A stretch of DNA of 64,000 nucleotides from Eledone cirrhosa (taxonomy: Eukaryota). Made by a program: the position numbers and the translations under genes. Below the pieces are notes generated by a model. It had not been told where the DNA came from and did not search any database. It saw only the letters and a program-made list of their open reading frames with translations. Shown piece after piece: positions 1-12,227 of the stretch. The DNA lies in the NCBI GenBank assembly GCA_964016885.1, contig OZ024740.1, forward strand, positions 408,270,001 to 408,334,000. The letters run 5' to 3'. Position 1 is the first letter of the stretch, and the number at the start of each line of letters is the position of its first letter.

Positions 1-554
1 AACTTTGCCTTTCATCCTTACGGGGTCGATAAAATAAAGTACCTTGTGCCTATACTAGAAATCATTAATATCACTAACCATTTTACAAAGTGTACTGGGT
101 GCGGTTTACCATGGCATAAGTACTAGAGAAGTTATATCCTTGACACAGCTGAAGAGTCCTCTTAACCCTTTGACATACTTTCTATGGTTGGTGCCCTTTC
201 TAACACTAATGACTAAGGGGCATTCACTTGACCTTACGATGGTCATCACTAGAGATTTCAGTCATACAAGAATAGTGAAGATAACAAATTAGATGCAACA
301 TTTCTATCAACAATATTGCTTCCTATTCACAGCCATACATTGAATTATGTACAATATGATTCTAGAATCAAAGATCTGTTAACAGTCACCAAACAATAAA
401 TTAATTGCCTACCTACTTGAGATCCATTTAAGTGGAACTGATTTAGACTATTTGACATTATAATCACACCTTTAGTTTAGAGTTGTCTTTTCATTTTTAC
501 AGAAGATTGTGTGTTCCTAACTCACCAGAAACTATTATGTAAAAACACTTAGTT

Positions 555-612
555 GGTTCCATATAGTAGTGGTTATCACATCAGCTTTAATGCAGAAGAT
601 GCAAGTTAGAAT
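555..612 (+). pseudogene. tRNA-Val(TAC)-derived pseudogene or SINE head
   Basis: GGTTCCATATAGTAGTGGTTATCACATCAGCTTTAATGCAGAAGAT resembles metazoan tRNA-Val-TAC (GGTTCCATAGTGTAGTGGTTATCACGTCTGCTTTACACGCAGAAGG). Anticodon loop and T-arm are damaged. Confidence 0.7.
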
Positions 613-785
613 GGTAGCCAAATCTCCTTTACATCACACTCTATCATCTTAGATAAGGAAAGATACAGTGTATAATGTGATTCTTGATACACTATGCCTA
701 AATGATGAGATTGTCACAGCTGGAACACCTTTGATTATAGGTCTGCTCGATAAAGGTTGACCTGGTGCTAAATATCAACAACAAA
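613..785 (+). mobile_element. Interspersed SINE-like repeat 3' part (family 3, ends in (CAA)n)
   Basis: AGCCAAATCTCC...CTGGAACACCTTTGATTATAGGTCTGCTCGAT...GACCTGG..CTAAA..CAACAACAA. Related pieces near 826-900, 15227-15285, 35325-35512, 44690-44850, 46030-46165(-), 56296-56585, 62855-63170(-). Confidence 0.6.
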
Positions 786-1859
786 AAGTATTTGAAGTAA
801 CTTGTCACTGGACTTTTAATTAATAATAGCCAAATCCTTCTCAAATCACAGCTTACTGCTTAAACAAGAAAGACATGTTGGACAATGTGGTCCCTAAAAT
901 GTCTTTGACAATGGGCCTGAATATCATGATTGTAAGCACTGTTGCATCATGGAAGACTGGATATTTGTATTCATTGGTTTCACATATTTGATAAATGAAT
1001 TCTATTAATTCTTTCTAGTCTTTGACTAAATTCAGATCAGAAACAGAGATAAATTCCAGTAAGAATGTGAAAAAGATGTGAATGAGAGGTGATGACTATC
1101 TAAACTAATCTGTTTGAATATTAGTAAAGTGAATAGATTAAATAATTTAGTAATTCTAATGTTTACTGTTTACATGAGTTGCTATATTTTCATCTCACTT
1201 TTGTTAGTTTTTGATGTTTTCTCAATCAATAGTCAGATTAATAAGGGAAGCTGGTGGGTTCAGCTTAAAAATGTTAGACTTTTCTTCTTCCTCGGGACAA
1301 AATTCTATTTTGAACTGTTTTTATTCACTAATTGCTGACACAGACTTTCACTAGTTTTCTCTACTGTCTGTTTCTGACACTTGTTCCTCTAAATATAGTT
1401 TATTTGGAAGGCAGTAATCTGAAGATCTGTAAGTCTAACGAATGTTCAAATGTGAAAGGAATCAATTCTTTGCCTATTTAAAGGTAGTCACCAAAGTTTG
1501 CTATTATTTGTTATTATGATGGTGATTCTAATAGATGTAAAAAAAACAATTAGGAAATGTCTGGAAACAGTTTTTATCTACAAGACTTGAAATAATTTCT
1601 AAAAGAAGTTATATTATGTAAACCAATTTATTGTCAATTTCCTGTTAAGTATTGATGTTCTGCTTAAATTGGTTTGCAAATCTGCCACTCCTCATTTCTT
1701 CTATTTCTGTTAACATCTAAAATTCTTGAGATCTGAAATATATGTTTAATTTTCTTTTCCTTGTTAACTCATTAGTCTATGTAAAAATATGTCATGAAAA
1801 TACAATTTGATTGAAAAGAAAAAAAAATAGATTGAGAAGAATTGAATATGAAATAAGAA

Positions 1860-2180
1860 AATATTTTTTAAAATGGAAGAGGAAGGGAATGACAAGGGAT
1901 CTAGTGTCCCAGAAGAATGGGGAGGGGAGGGGGATTGGGCTCTGGGCCTAGGGCGTGGTGGTAACGGGCTATGCCTTGCGGACAATAGCCAGTGACAACT
2001 GCTGCAACAGCCAGTCCACCTTGTGAGGCTTCTTCCTCAGATATGCTACCAACATTCCGATCTTGCAGAGAGCTCAGCAGTACAGGGTCCAAGTACGCCA
2101 GAGGTCTCAATGCCAACCAGTGCGAAGAGGAAGCGGCCAGACAATCCCTGGTATTTGTTTTTGAAAATGTTCAGCTATTT
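1860..2180 (-). mobile_element. CRE-like non-LTR retrotransposon 3' remnant (C-terminus of restriction-like endonuclease domain)
   Basis: Minus strand, with frameshifts: AE..K.NKYQGLSGRFLFALVGIETSGVLGP...LCKIGMLVA...DWLLQQLSLAIVR, matching the K..KY...F.P...ET.G..G...L.Q..S.AI.RGN tail of CRE-type elements. 3' UTR resembles 44530-44640. Confidence 0.7.
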
Positions 2181-2823
2181 TTACACTATATGACATCTGT
2201 TAATCTATTCTATCTTTCCCCGCCTCGTTTTACCTCCTACCTCTCTCTTTCCCTCTCTCTAGCACACACACATCCAGATCAAATGTCGTAACTCAAACAA
2301 AGTACTGGTCAGCTACGGCTCTGTTATTTAATCTAACTCTGTTATTTAATTTGTTATTTAATCTCGTGATATTTTACTGCAGGGTTTCTCAAATAATAGG
2401 TAAATGTTATGAAGGTTCCGATAACATTTAGAAATATATATTTTGAATTATTAGTTAGTTTTATCTGTGTACAGCAATATTCATTTTATGATGCTTATAT
2501 ATAGTAACCTTTACATTGTAATGTGTCTCAATGGTATTCACATATTTTATGAAGAATTAGGAGTTTTTAATGTTTTTGTAATATATTTTCAATAATTTAG
2601 AATATCATTGGATTTATTTTTTCATAAACATCATAAAACTTTTGATAAATTATAAACACTCTTTGCAATCTTTGACACATGCACCATTACCAAGGTTAAC
2701 TAAATGGTTAACTAAATGTGGTAGTAATATACTCATATTTGTTTCTATTGAATTTTAGCTTTATCAAATATTTGTTACATTTATGGGGTGAAAGTAATTT
2801 ATTATTATTATTATTCGGCAGTA

Positions 2824-3010
2824 GGATAAGGGCAGTATCGGTAGAGAGTCGGACACCATGCTTTGAAGCATAGAGTTACTTCCCTTTATGATCTGAGTTC
2901 AAATCCCACCGAGGTTAACTTTGCCTTTCATCCTTACGGGGTCGATAAAATAAAGTACCAGTAATGTACTGGGTAATTGCTGGCCTTGTGCCTAAAATAG
3001 AAACAATTAT
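2824..3010 (+). mobile_element. tRNA-derived SINE (family 1, central domain resembling the Meta domain)
   Basis: A-box-like GGCAGTATCGG, B-box GAGTTCAAATCC, core CTTTGCCTTTCATCCTTACGGGGTCGATAAAATAAAGTACCAG, tail AGAAACAATTATT. Many copies in the window, including a 3' fragment at 1-66. Confidence 0.85.
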
Positions 3011-3012
3011 TA

Positions 3013-3021
3013 TTCGGCAGT

Positions 3022-3061
<40 letters not shown>

Positions 3062-3110
3062 GGCCCCTGTGCAAGGATGATGTGCAAATTCGTGAAGCCT
3101 TCCATATTTT
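3013..3110 (+). pseudogene. U6: U6 snRNA retrocopy (lacks about the first 8 nt)
   Basis: TTCGGCAGTACATATACTAAAATTGGAACGATACAGAGAAGATTAGCATGGCCCCTGTGCAAGGATGATGTGCAAATTCGTGAAGCCTTCCATATTTT is near-identical to U6, including the ACAGAGA box and AGC triad, with a few substitutions. Confidence 0.97.
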
Positions 3111-3582
3111 AAGTCGATGGAAGCCGTGGAGTGGGGAGACCCAAGAAGACCTGGGATGAGATGATAAAAGCTGACTTTACCCAATTGCACCTCTCAAGGG
3201 CGATGACACACGACTGTGACCCCTGGCGTCACGCAGTAATACAGAAGACCCGACTTCCCATGGGTACAAGCCAAATCTGAAGCATATAGACAATATCCCC
3301 CCCCCCCCCTACCCACAGCAAGGTGGTCATGGAGGTGCCACGGCAAAAAAGCACACAGCCCACACTGTAAAGTGGATGTTCAGGCGCCACGGAAAAAAGG
3401 CATCCAGCACTCACTGTAAATGAGGTTGGTGTTAGGAAGGGCATCCAGCTGTAGAAATCATACCAGAATCAGTTCCAGTGTGAGCAAGACATGGTCAGCT
3501 GACTGACACTGCCCACAACAGGACAACCCGTCTAAACCATGCCAGCGTGGAAGAACGGACGTAAAACGGTGATGATGATGAT
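3111..3582 (+). mobile_element. RTE-B LINE 3' fragment fused to the U6 retrocopy
   Basis: AAGTCGATGGAAGCCGTGGAGTGGGGAGACCCAAG... aligns to 24253-24662; ends GTAAAACGGT(GAT)n. Confidence 0.93.
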
Positions 3583-4845
3583 ATGATATATATATATATA
3601 TGTATATATATACACACATGTATATATATAACTAATATTAATGAGAGTAAATTTTACTCATTTGCTAGGTGTATTTTAGCTCAATGCAGTGATAGGATTA
3701 TGGAGATAGGATATATAGTGATAGGATTATATAGTTACAATTTGCTTACAAACCAAAAATTTAAAAGTTCAAAGCATTCAATTACTGACAATTGTTCCTT
3801 CCCATTGTGATATACCTCATATAGTAAATCATTTCATTTAACAATTTGCCATTGGTGAGCATAGACTATGGGTTTCATCATCCTCATCATCATCATCACC
3901 GTTTTACGTCTGTTCTTCCACGCTAGCATGGGTTAGAGTTTAATTAAAATACCAATACAAATCACTCAGTAAAAAAGAACATAATATATATCACTTATCA
4001 GAATATCAAGACCAAAAATTATAGTTACAAATGTAGTTAAAAAAATATTGTAGCCCAAAAAATATAGTATCAGTTGTGTTGAAAGTTTCCTAGAATGAAT
4101 TGGAATTTATAGTTTAAAGAATAGTGTCATTTGTATCAAAAGTTTTCCTAAAATGAATTTGAATATACAGAGTTTTAACCAAGCAATATTCATAGTTAGC
4201 CCTGGCAATCCAACAGTTTTAACGGTTAAAAGATATTTATTGCAGACCTAATGATATATTATAAATCGTGAAATTATTCACAGTGAATGTATATATATTT
4301 TAATGTTTCAGTTGTTACAGAGATGTTTTATCTACTATATTAATTATTAAATAATTGTTAATAGTTAATCATATGTGAGAAGAGTACATTAGTATTGTTA
4401 TATACAAATATTTACGTGTTTGAGAATATTATTTCAGAGATTAAAGTGGGGTAATTTAATGAGTTGGATTTGTGTTAAATTTACAAAGTAAACTATTATG
4501 TAAATATTATTGCTAAGTACACATATTTGAATTAATATATGTTAAGCATTTACACTTATTCAAGGGATATTTTATACATGGCCAAGATATATAAGTGTGT
4601 GATGTATTTAAGAAAATTGATACATTATTATGAAATATAATTCATTTAGTTCAAACCATGAGGAGGTAAGATGAGATAAGATGATTCATTATATTGAATG
4701 TATTAGTATAACGTGTTGATATAGTCTACCTAAACATTATTCAAATACCATGGATTTAATAGAATAAATAATATTCTAGACATAGTCAAGTATATTTGCT
4801 AAACATCTACTTACTATATCCTCTGAAATTAATATATATATACAC

Positions 4846-5398
4846 AAAGGTGCAGAGCATTCAGAGTTGATGGAAGCCTTAGAGTAGGGAGACCCAGGAA
4901 GACTTGGAACAAGATGATAAAAGCTGACTTCACAAAATTGCGCCTGACAAAGCCGATGACACTGGACTGAGATCTCTGGCATTATGCAGTAATACAGAAG
5001 ACCCAAATTCCCATGGACACAAGCCGTAACTGAAGCATATATATATAGCATGTACAACCCCACCCACTACTGTACATCCCCCATGAGGTCAAGCTGGAGT
5101 ATACATCCAGTGAAACCTCCAGCCCACATTGTAAAGTGGTCGTGATGGCAGCACAGCAAAAAAGTGCCCTGTCCACACAGTAAAATGGTTGTGTAGGCAT
5201 CACAACAAAATGCCCCCCCCCCCCTACTCAATGTAAATTAGGTTGGCCCTAGGAAGTGCATCCAGTTATAGAAACCAAGCCAAAATTAGTTCTGTACGAG
5301 CAAGCCATGGTCACCTAACCTGGCATTGCTCACAACAGGATAACTCGTCTAACCCATGCCAGCGTGGAAAAGTGGATGTTAAACACTGATGATGATGA
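4846..5398 (+). mobile_element. Diverged RTE-B-like 3' fragment
   Basis: Degenerate match to the RTE-B ORF end and 3' UTR, GATGATGA tail, 5' end next to a TA run. Confidence 0.8.
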
Positions 5399-6007
5399 CA
5401 TAATATACATATAAGGTGGTGTTGCTGGTGCAATGATGAAAAGCACCTAATTTACCTTGTAAGGTGGTATTGCCAGAGTCACAATAAAATGCCCTCAGTA
5501 TATACTGTAAAGTTGTTGGTGTTAGAAAGGACATCCAACCATGGAAAACATGATTGCTCTTTTTCACAGTCACTCTTCATTGGAATGGTGGATTTGTAAA
5601 TTGGGGAACACTTAATTAATTAAGCTTACAACGCTTTCCACAACAGTACAAAATTATGAAGGATCAAAACATCCTTCAGTATAAAGGGATTGCTTTTCTA
5701 TTAATCTAAACAGCTGTGATATCCTTATCTGTAACTCTGAGTTTCCCCCTTCCTTCCTGCTTCTGTTATTCGAACTGAAGAAATTTTTTCTCTGACCTTG
5801 GGGAAATCCAAGAGTTCCCCCTCTCAATCCCCAATCCGTTTTCAGAAAAGATGGCGATTGCAAGTATGGCAGAAGTCGGATTAATTGAAAATGACACTGA
5901 AAATCCTAGGTAAAATAATTTCTTCACGGTCCCATATATATATATCATGTAAATCACCAAACACTAGGGAGGCTGCCTTGACATGAAGGAAAGGTCCTCC
6001 TGACCAC

Positions 6008-6065
<58 letters not shown>

Positions 6066-6095
<30 letters not shown>

Positions 6096-7133
6096 ACGTC
6101 CACTTTTCCCTGCTTGCAAGGGTGGGATGGGAACTGATTCTGGCTTGATTTCTACAGCTGGATGCCCTTCCTAACACCAACCTCATTTACAGTGAGTGCT
6201 GGGTGCTTTTTTGCCGTGGCACCTCCATGACCACTTTGCAGTGGAATGATAGGGACCCCAGTCCTATCATCTCATTTCTACAGCTGAGTAAACTGGAGCA
6301 ATGTGAAATAAAGTGTCTTGCTCAAGGAAACAACACATCACCTGGGGGTATTTTGTTAGAGATGCCTACTGGCTGTAGTAGGTTTTACTATGTATTTAGG
6401 TAAGGCGAGTCTTCTCTGTTACTGAGTACCGCCAAAGGTCTCGGTCCAGTGACATTGTCTTGGAGAGGTGTAAGTGTGTGAGGTCGGAATTTATCAGCTC
6501 GTCCCAGGTTTTTCTAGGTCTGCCTATTCCGTGGCTACCGTCTATCTTTATTGCCCTGCACTTTGTTATACAGCTATCGACTTTTATGCGCATCACGTGT
6601 CCATACCAACGTAGCCTTCTCTCGAGTAAACAACATCTGATCCCTCTTATTTCTAATTTTTTCCTTAGTTCGTTTATGCTTTGCCGTTCACGTATATTAC
6701 TGTTACACATCCAGCGGAGCATTCAAGCTTCGTTCCTCTCTAGTCTGCGTATATCCTCTGCACACAATGCCCAGGTCTCACTGCCATGCAACATTGCTGT
6801 TCATATGCAGGCATCGTACAACCTGCCTTTCATTTTTAGGGAGAACCCTTTAGCAGCTAATAGTGGTATAAGCTCTCTGAACTTTTTCCAACCAGTTCTG
6901 ACTCTAGCTACTGTACTTTCAGAGCACCCTCCCCCACTGCTGATTTTATCACCCAGGTAACGGAAACTGTCCACTATTTCTATAGAACCCTCTGCGCAAT
7001 TGAAAGAGCTAGTATTTTGTGGGCACTTGCTGCTACTTATTGCACCAGAGCACCGGCGACATGTAAAATCTATGTTCTTAGTTAGCTTACCTGTAATCCC
7101 ACTACATCTTTTATGCACCCATACTTTGCATTT

Positions 7134-7137
<4 letters not shown>
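6066..7137 (-). mobile_element. Composite: RTE-A ORF 3' part (7137-6346) joined to SINE-2 core and RTE-B-type tail (6345-6066)
   Basis: ORFs 6801-7118 and 6396-6722 are the RTE-A C-terminus; 6066-6345 is the reverse complement of about 31016-31290; (TA)n on both sides. Confidence 0.88.
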
Positions 7138-7194
<57 letters not shown>

Positions 7195-7199
<5 letters not shown>

Positions 7200-7907
7200 T
7201 TATCGCTTGTTAAATACGAGGATCTCACTTAAACCTATTCTTCTCATATAATATTTTAAATATATTTGTTATTATTTCAAACTCTTAATTCCCGCTGCTT
7301 AATATCTTCTCCCCCTCCACCACACTCTACAACATGCGGTCAACCCCCCCCCCCCTCTCTCTCTCTATCTATATATATATAAGATAACCCCCACAAGTAA
7401 TTCACTTTCGCCAAATTTGTGGCCGTTTTTCCTTCATGGTATAATGTAATGTACACATTTTTCTAGCTTTTCTAACATCCGCTTAATTTCATAGTCCTTC
7501 CAAATCCTATAGCATTTTCTATCCTCATTCCAATAGCCATTCCATCCTATTTCCTCCTGTATTCTATGTATTCTCTCTCGTATTTTCCAAAACAAATCTT
7601 GTATTTTTGTTATCGCTTGTTAAATACGAGGATCTCACTTAAACCTATTCTTCTCTCATATAATATTTTAAATATATTTGTTATTATTTCAAACTCTTAA
7701 TTCCCGCTCCTTAATATCTACTCCCCCTCCACCACACTCTACAGCATGCGGTCAACCCCCCCCTCTCTCCCCCTCTATCTATATATATATAAGATAACCC
7801 CCACAAGTAATTCACTTTCGCCAAATTTGTGGCTGTTTTTCCTTCATGGTATAATGTAATGTACACATTTTTCTAGCTTTTCTAACATCCGCTTAATTTC
7901 ATAGTCC
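7195..7907. repeat. ~410-bp tandem repeat (about 1.75 units) directly upstream of full-length RTE-A
   Basis: TTTTGTTATCGCTTGTTAAATACGAGGATCTCAC recurs at 7195 and 7605. Homologous to 52373-52937 (reverse complement). Confidence 0.92.
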
Positions 7908-10900
7908 AACAACTCAACACCCCTCCCTCCCGCCCCCACGCACCACCATTATTATTACGTGGACCAATCATAAGCCAGAGGCCTATACTATCGCTTACCT
8001 GGTCGCCTTCGATATGTAGGATGGAAGGACTACGGAGTTCCGGAGAGTTGAAGAGAGAAAAATCTGGACGCTCAGCGACAATGCCAAAGATAAAGACAAA
8101 CACACCTCGTGGACGAGAATGCGAGCATTCCTCTTTGTTTCGGCCGCGGATGGCTAACATAAGCCCATCTCCCCCCGCTCCCCACCGCTCCCACCCTCCA
8201 AACGCAATCCAAAACTTCAGAGTTGGTACCTTGAATGTAGGCACCTTAAAGGGTCGCTCTAACGAGGTTGTAGAAATGTTTGAACGTAAGGAGGTCGATG
8301 TTTGTTGTATTCAAGAGACCAGGTGGAGGAGTGGATCTGCTAGATTCATTGTGGGTAGAAAACGATGCTATAAGCTTTTCTGGGTGGGAAATGACAATGA
8401 GCTGGGTGGAGTAGGATTCATGGTAGCAGAAAAGTGGGCAGATAAGATAATAGACGTAAATAGAGTGAACGACAGAATAATTAAAATAAGACTTGTCCTC
8501 AATAGAACTACGGTGACAGTAATATCTGCGTACGCACCCCAATCCGGACTGCCCAGCACTATAAAAGACAGATTCTATGAGACACTGATGCTCACTACCT
8601 CCCAAATAACCGACAGTGACTATATAATTATTGCAGGCGACCTAAACGGTCACGTTGGACAACATTGTGACGGCTACGACGAAATCTATGGAGGTTATGG
8701 GTTTGGTACTAGAAATGAGGAAGGCTCCAGAATCCTGGAATTCTGTGACGCAAATAACCTAACTATCTGCAACACTAACTTCAAAAAACGAGACAATCAC
8801 TTGATCACCTACAGATCAGGGGAACATACCAGCCAGGAAGATTATATCCTTACCAGAAGACGTAACAGAGTGACTGTTGTAAACACTAAATCCCTCCCCC
8901 ATGAAGAATGCACCTCCCATAGACTGATAATTAGCGACCTAATAGTCAGGACGAGACGTACTAGACAACAGAAGAGGACTATCCTCAGGAGAAAAATATG
9001 GAAGCTAAAGGACCCCACAGCCAAAAATAAATTTCAAAGCATATTAGTTGATGCTTTCGACAGTAAGGAAGAGCAATTAGAGTCGTACAAGGTAGAGGAA
9101 CAGTGGGAATTCCTGAAAGCAAACCTGCTGACGGCGGCAGACGAAGTTTGTGGCTGAAGCAGGCCTGTAGGCAGGAGGAGAGTAACATGGTGGTGGAACA
9201 GTAAGGTGGAGGGGTCAATTAAGGCCAAAAAGCAGGCTTGGAAAGTATGGCGGGATGGGGGAAGCAGAGAAGACTGTCAAGTGGCCAGGAGGGAAACTAG
9301 GAGACAAGTGTACTTCGCAAGAAGGGAAGCAGAGGAAAGAAAGTTCAAGCACGTTCTACAACGTGAGGACCAAAAACGTGAGGTGTTCAGGATTGCTAGG
9401 CAATGTGTCAAGGAAAACAGTGATATTGTTGGGGAGAAGTGTGTACTTAATGATGACGGCGTACTTGCCATCACCAATGCTGATAAGAAGGTAGCTTGGA
9501 AGTGTCACTATGAAAGGCTACTAAATGAGGAGAATAAATGGGAGAAAGACAGTCTCCCCCACATCGACCCAATAGAGGGACCAGCAGTGTTAGTCGAGGG
9601 TAGTATCATAAGTAAGGCAATCAAAGATATGAAGACGGGTAAGGCGGCTGGGCCTTCGGAAATAGTTGCTGAGACGCTGAAGGCATCTGGTACGGTGGGA
9701 CACACCATGGTCACCCGGATAGTCAACCAAGTCATACAGAATGGGGTTGTTCCGAAGGACTGGCGTAGCAGCATCATCATTAACTGTTATAAGGGTAAAG
9801 GAGATGCCCTAGATAGGAGTAACTATAGAGGCATTAAATTAATAGACCAGGTCATGAAGGTCACGGAAAAAGTAATAGCGCAACTAATCAGAGAGCGAAT
9901 TGATCTAGATGAAATGCAGTTCGGGTTTGTGTCAGGAAAAAGTACCACAGACGCTCTTTTCATTGTACGACAACTACAGGAGAAGTACCTAGCTAAAAGT
10001 AAACCCCTATACTTAGCTTTTGTTGACTTGGAGAAAGCCTTTGACAGAGTCCCCCGCTCCATTATCTGGTGGGCTCTTAGAAAACTAGGTGTTGATGAAT
10101 GGCTTGTGAGAGCTATACAAGCCATGTATAAAGAAACAGTCAGCAAGGTTAGAATTAACAACGAATATAGTGAAGAGTTTAGTGTAAAAGTTGGTGTTCA
10201 TCAGGGCTCTGTTCTTAGCCCCCTACTATTTATTATTGCCCTCCAGGCTATGACAGTGGAGTTCAAGACCGGCTGCCCATGAGAACTCCTATACGCAGAT
10301 GATCTAACGCTCATAGCTGAATCAATGGCTGAGCTAGAGAAGAAATTCCAAACATGGAAGCACGGCCTAGAATCAAAAGGCCTTAAAATTAACCTGGCTA
10401 AGACTAAAGTTCTAGTTTGTAAGAAAGAAAATAAGGCGGCGGTCCCCTCCGGGAAGTGGCCATGCTCAGTGTGTAGGAAAGGCGTAGGTAGAAACTCCAT
10501 TTTGTGTCCCAAATGCAAAGTATGGGTGCATAAAAGATGTAGTGGGATCACAGGTAAGCTAACTAAGAACATAGATTTTACATGTGGCCGGTGTTCTGGG
10601 GCAATAAGTAGCAGCAAGTGCCCAAAAAATACTAGCTCTTTCAACTGCGCAGAGGGTTCTATAGAAATAGTGGACAGCTTCCGTTACCTGGGTGACAAAA
10701 TCAGCAGTGGGGGAGGGTGCTCTGAAAGTACAGTAGCTAGAGTCAGAACTGGGTGGAAAAAGTTCAGAGAGCTTATACCTCTACTAGCTGCTAAAGGGTT
10801 CTCCCTAAAAATGAAAGGCAGGCTGTATGATGCCTGCATACGAACAGCAATGTTGCATGGCAGTGAGACCTGGGCATTGTGTGCAGAGGATATACGCAGA

Positions 10901-11599
10901 CTAGAGAGAAACGAAGCTTGCATGCTCCGCTGGATGTGTAATAGTAATATACGTGAACGGCAAAGCATAAACGAACTAAGGAAAAAATTAGAAATAAGAG
11001 GGATCAGATGGTCACGTGATGCGCATGAAGGACGATAGCTGTATAACAAAGTGCAGGGCAATAAAGATAGACGGTAGCCACGGAATAGGCAGACCCAGAA
11101 AAACCTGGGACGAGCTGATAAATTCCGACCTCACACACTTACACCTCTCCAAGACAATGTCACTGGACCGAGACCTTTGGCGGTACTCAGTAATAGAGAA
11201 GACCCGCCTTACCTAAATACAAAGTAAAACCTACTACAGTCAGTAGGCATCTCTAACAAAATACACCCCCCCCCACCCCATCCACACCGCCCCTTTCAAT
11301 GTAAAGTTATGTTGGTGCCACAACATCCAGGCCGAAACAAATGAGATCGTGTAGGTGCCACGTCAAAAAAACACACAGTTCACGCTGTAATGTGGCCGTG
11401 TAGGCAACACGGTAAAAACCTCCCAGCCCCACACTGTAAATGTGGTTGGTGTTAGGAAGGACATCCAGCTGTAGAAAACCCGCCAGACAGTCCTATGCGA
11501 GCAAGATAATCACTCTTGCCTCAAGTGGGAAACCCCCATCCAAACCCATACAAGCGTGGAACACGGACGTTAAACGTTGATGATGATGATGATGATGAT
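7908..11599 (+). mobile_element. Full-length RTE-clade LINE (family A), inactivated; single APE-RT(+PHD) ORF about 8021-11216
   Basis: APE motifs (TLNVG, IQET, SAYAPQ, GDLNGH), RT motifs (FVDLEKAFDRV, GVHQGSVLSP, YADD, FRYLG), RTE C-terminus GRPRKTW, (GAT)n tail. Stops at 9155 and 10280; ~32-bp deletion near 11010. Confidence 0.97.
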
Positions 11600-11614
11600 A
11601 TATGTATGTATGTA

Positions 11615-11668
<54 letters not shown>

Positions 11669-12227
11669 ACCCTGTTTTTTTCCAGTTGTCCTTTTCCAGT
11701 ATTCTCTAAAATATTCCCTGCTTATAACACGACAGAAAACATAAGCAACCTTTTGAAGACATCTTTGTAAACACGTCTGTTTTATAGTTTCATATACATA
11801 GTTTTATAGTTTCATATGCAAAATAACATTCACAATATTGTACGTAATTTAATCGAAAATGTTGATGCATAACCAGTAAGCTTGTTCAGGAAGTAAACCA
11901 TTGACCGATGCAACATGTATCTGGAAATAATGAATGAATCATGAATAATAGCCATGGCTGTTTTATAGATATTAAAGCTGTATGTAATTTTAATGGTCCA
12001 GTGACAGCTGCTATAGCTATTGGCTATAACCAATGAGTTTTGTTATCACTAGAATTTAATTGAGAGAGACTTAACTGTAAAATGGCACATGAAATTATGT
12101 CAACATAATCAGTTATATTCTATGATATATTTAACAGTTACAGTATATCTATAATTTAAATCAATATACTCCTTTGGGGTCCTATTCAGATTCTTATTGA
12201 ATATGTGTCATAGATTTTATTAATATA

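Noticed and set aside
3013-3110. Functional U6 gene
   Set aside because: 5' end missing, several substitutions, a SINE where the promoter should be, and fusion to a LINE tail.
8095-8170. HDV-like ribozyme in the RTE-A 5' region (ACCTCGTGG ... GGCTAAC)
   Set aside because: L3- and J4/2-like words are present, but I could not build P1, P2 or P3 pairings; needs an RNAMotif/Infernal search.
9155-10282. TGA-as-Trp recoding or deaminase signature (TGG>TGA at 9155, 10280, 22668, ~51853)
   Set aside because: Other copies have TGG at homologous positions, CAA>TAA stops also occur and sequence contexts are mixed; ordinary transition decay explains it.
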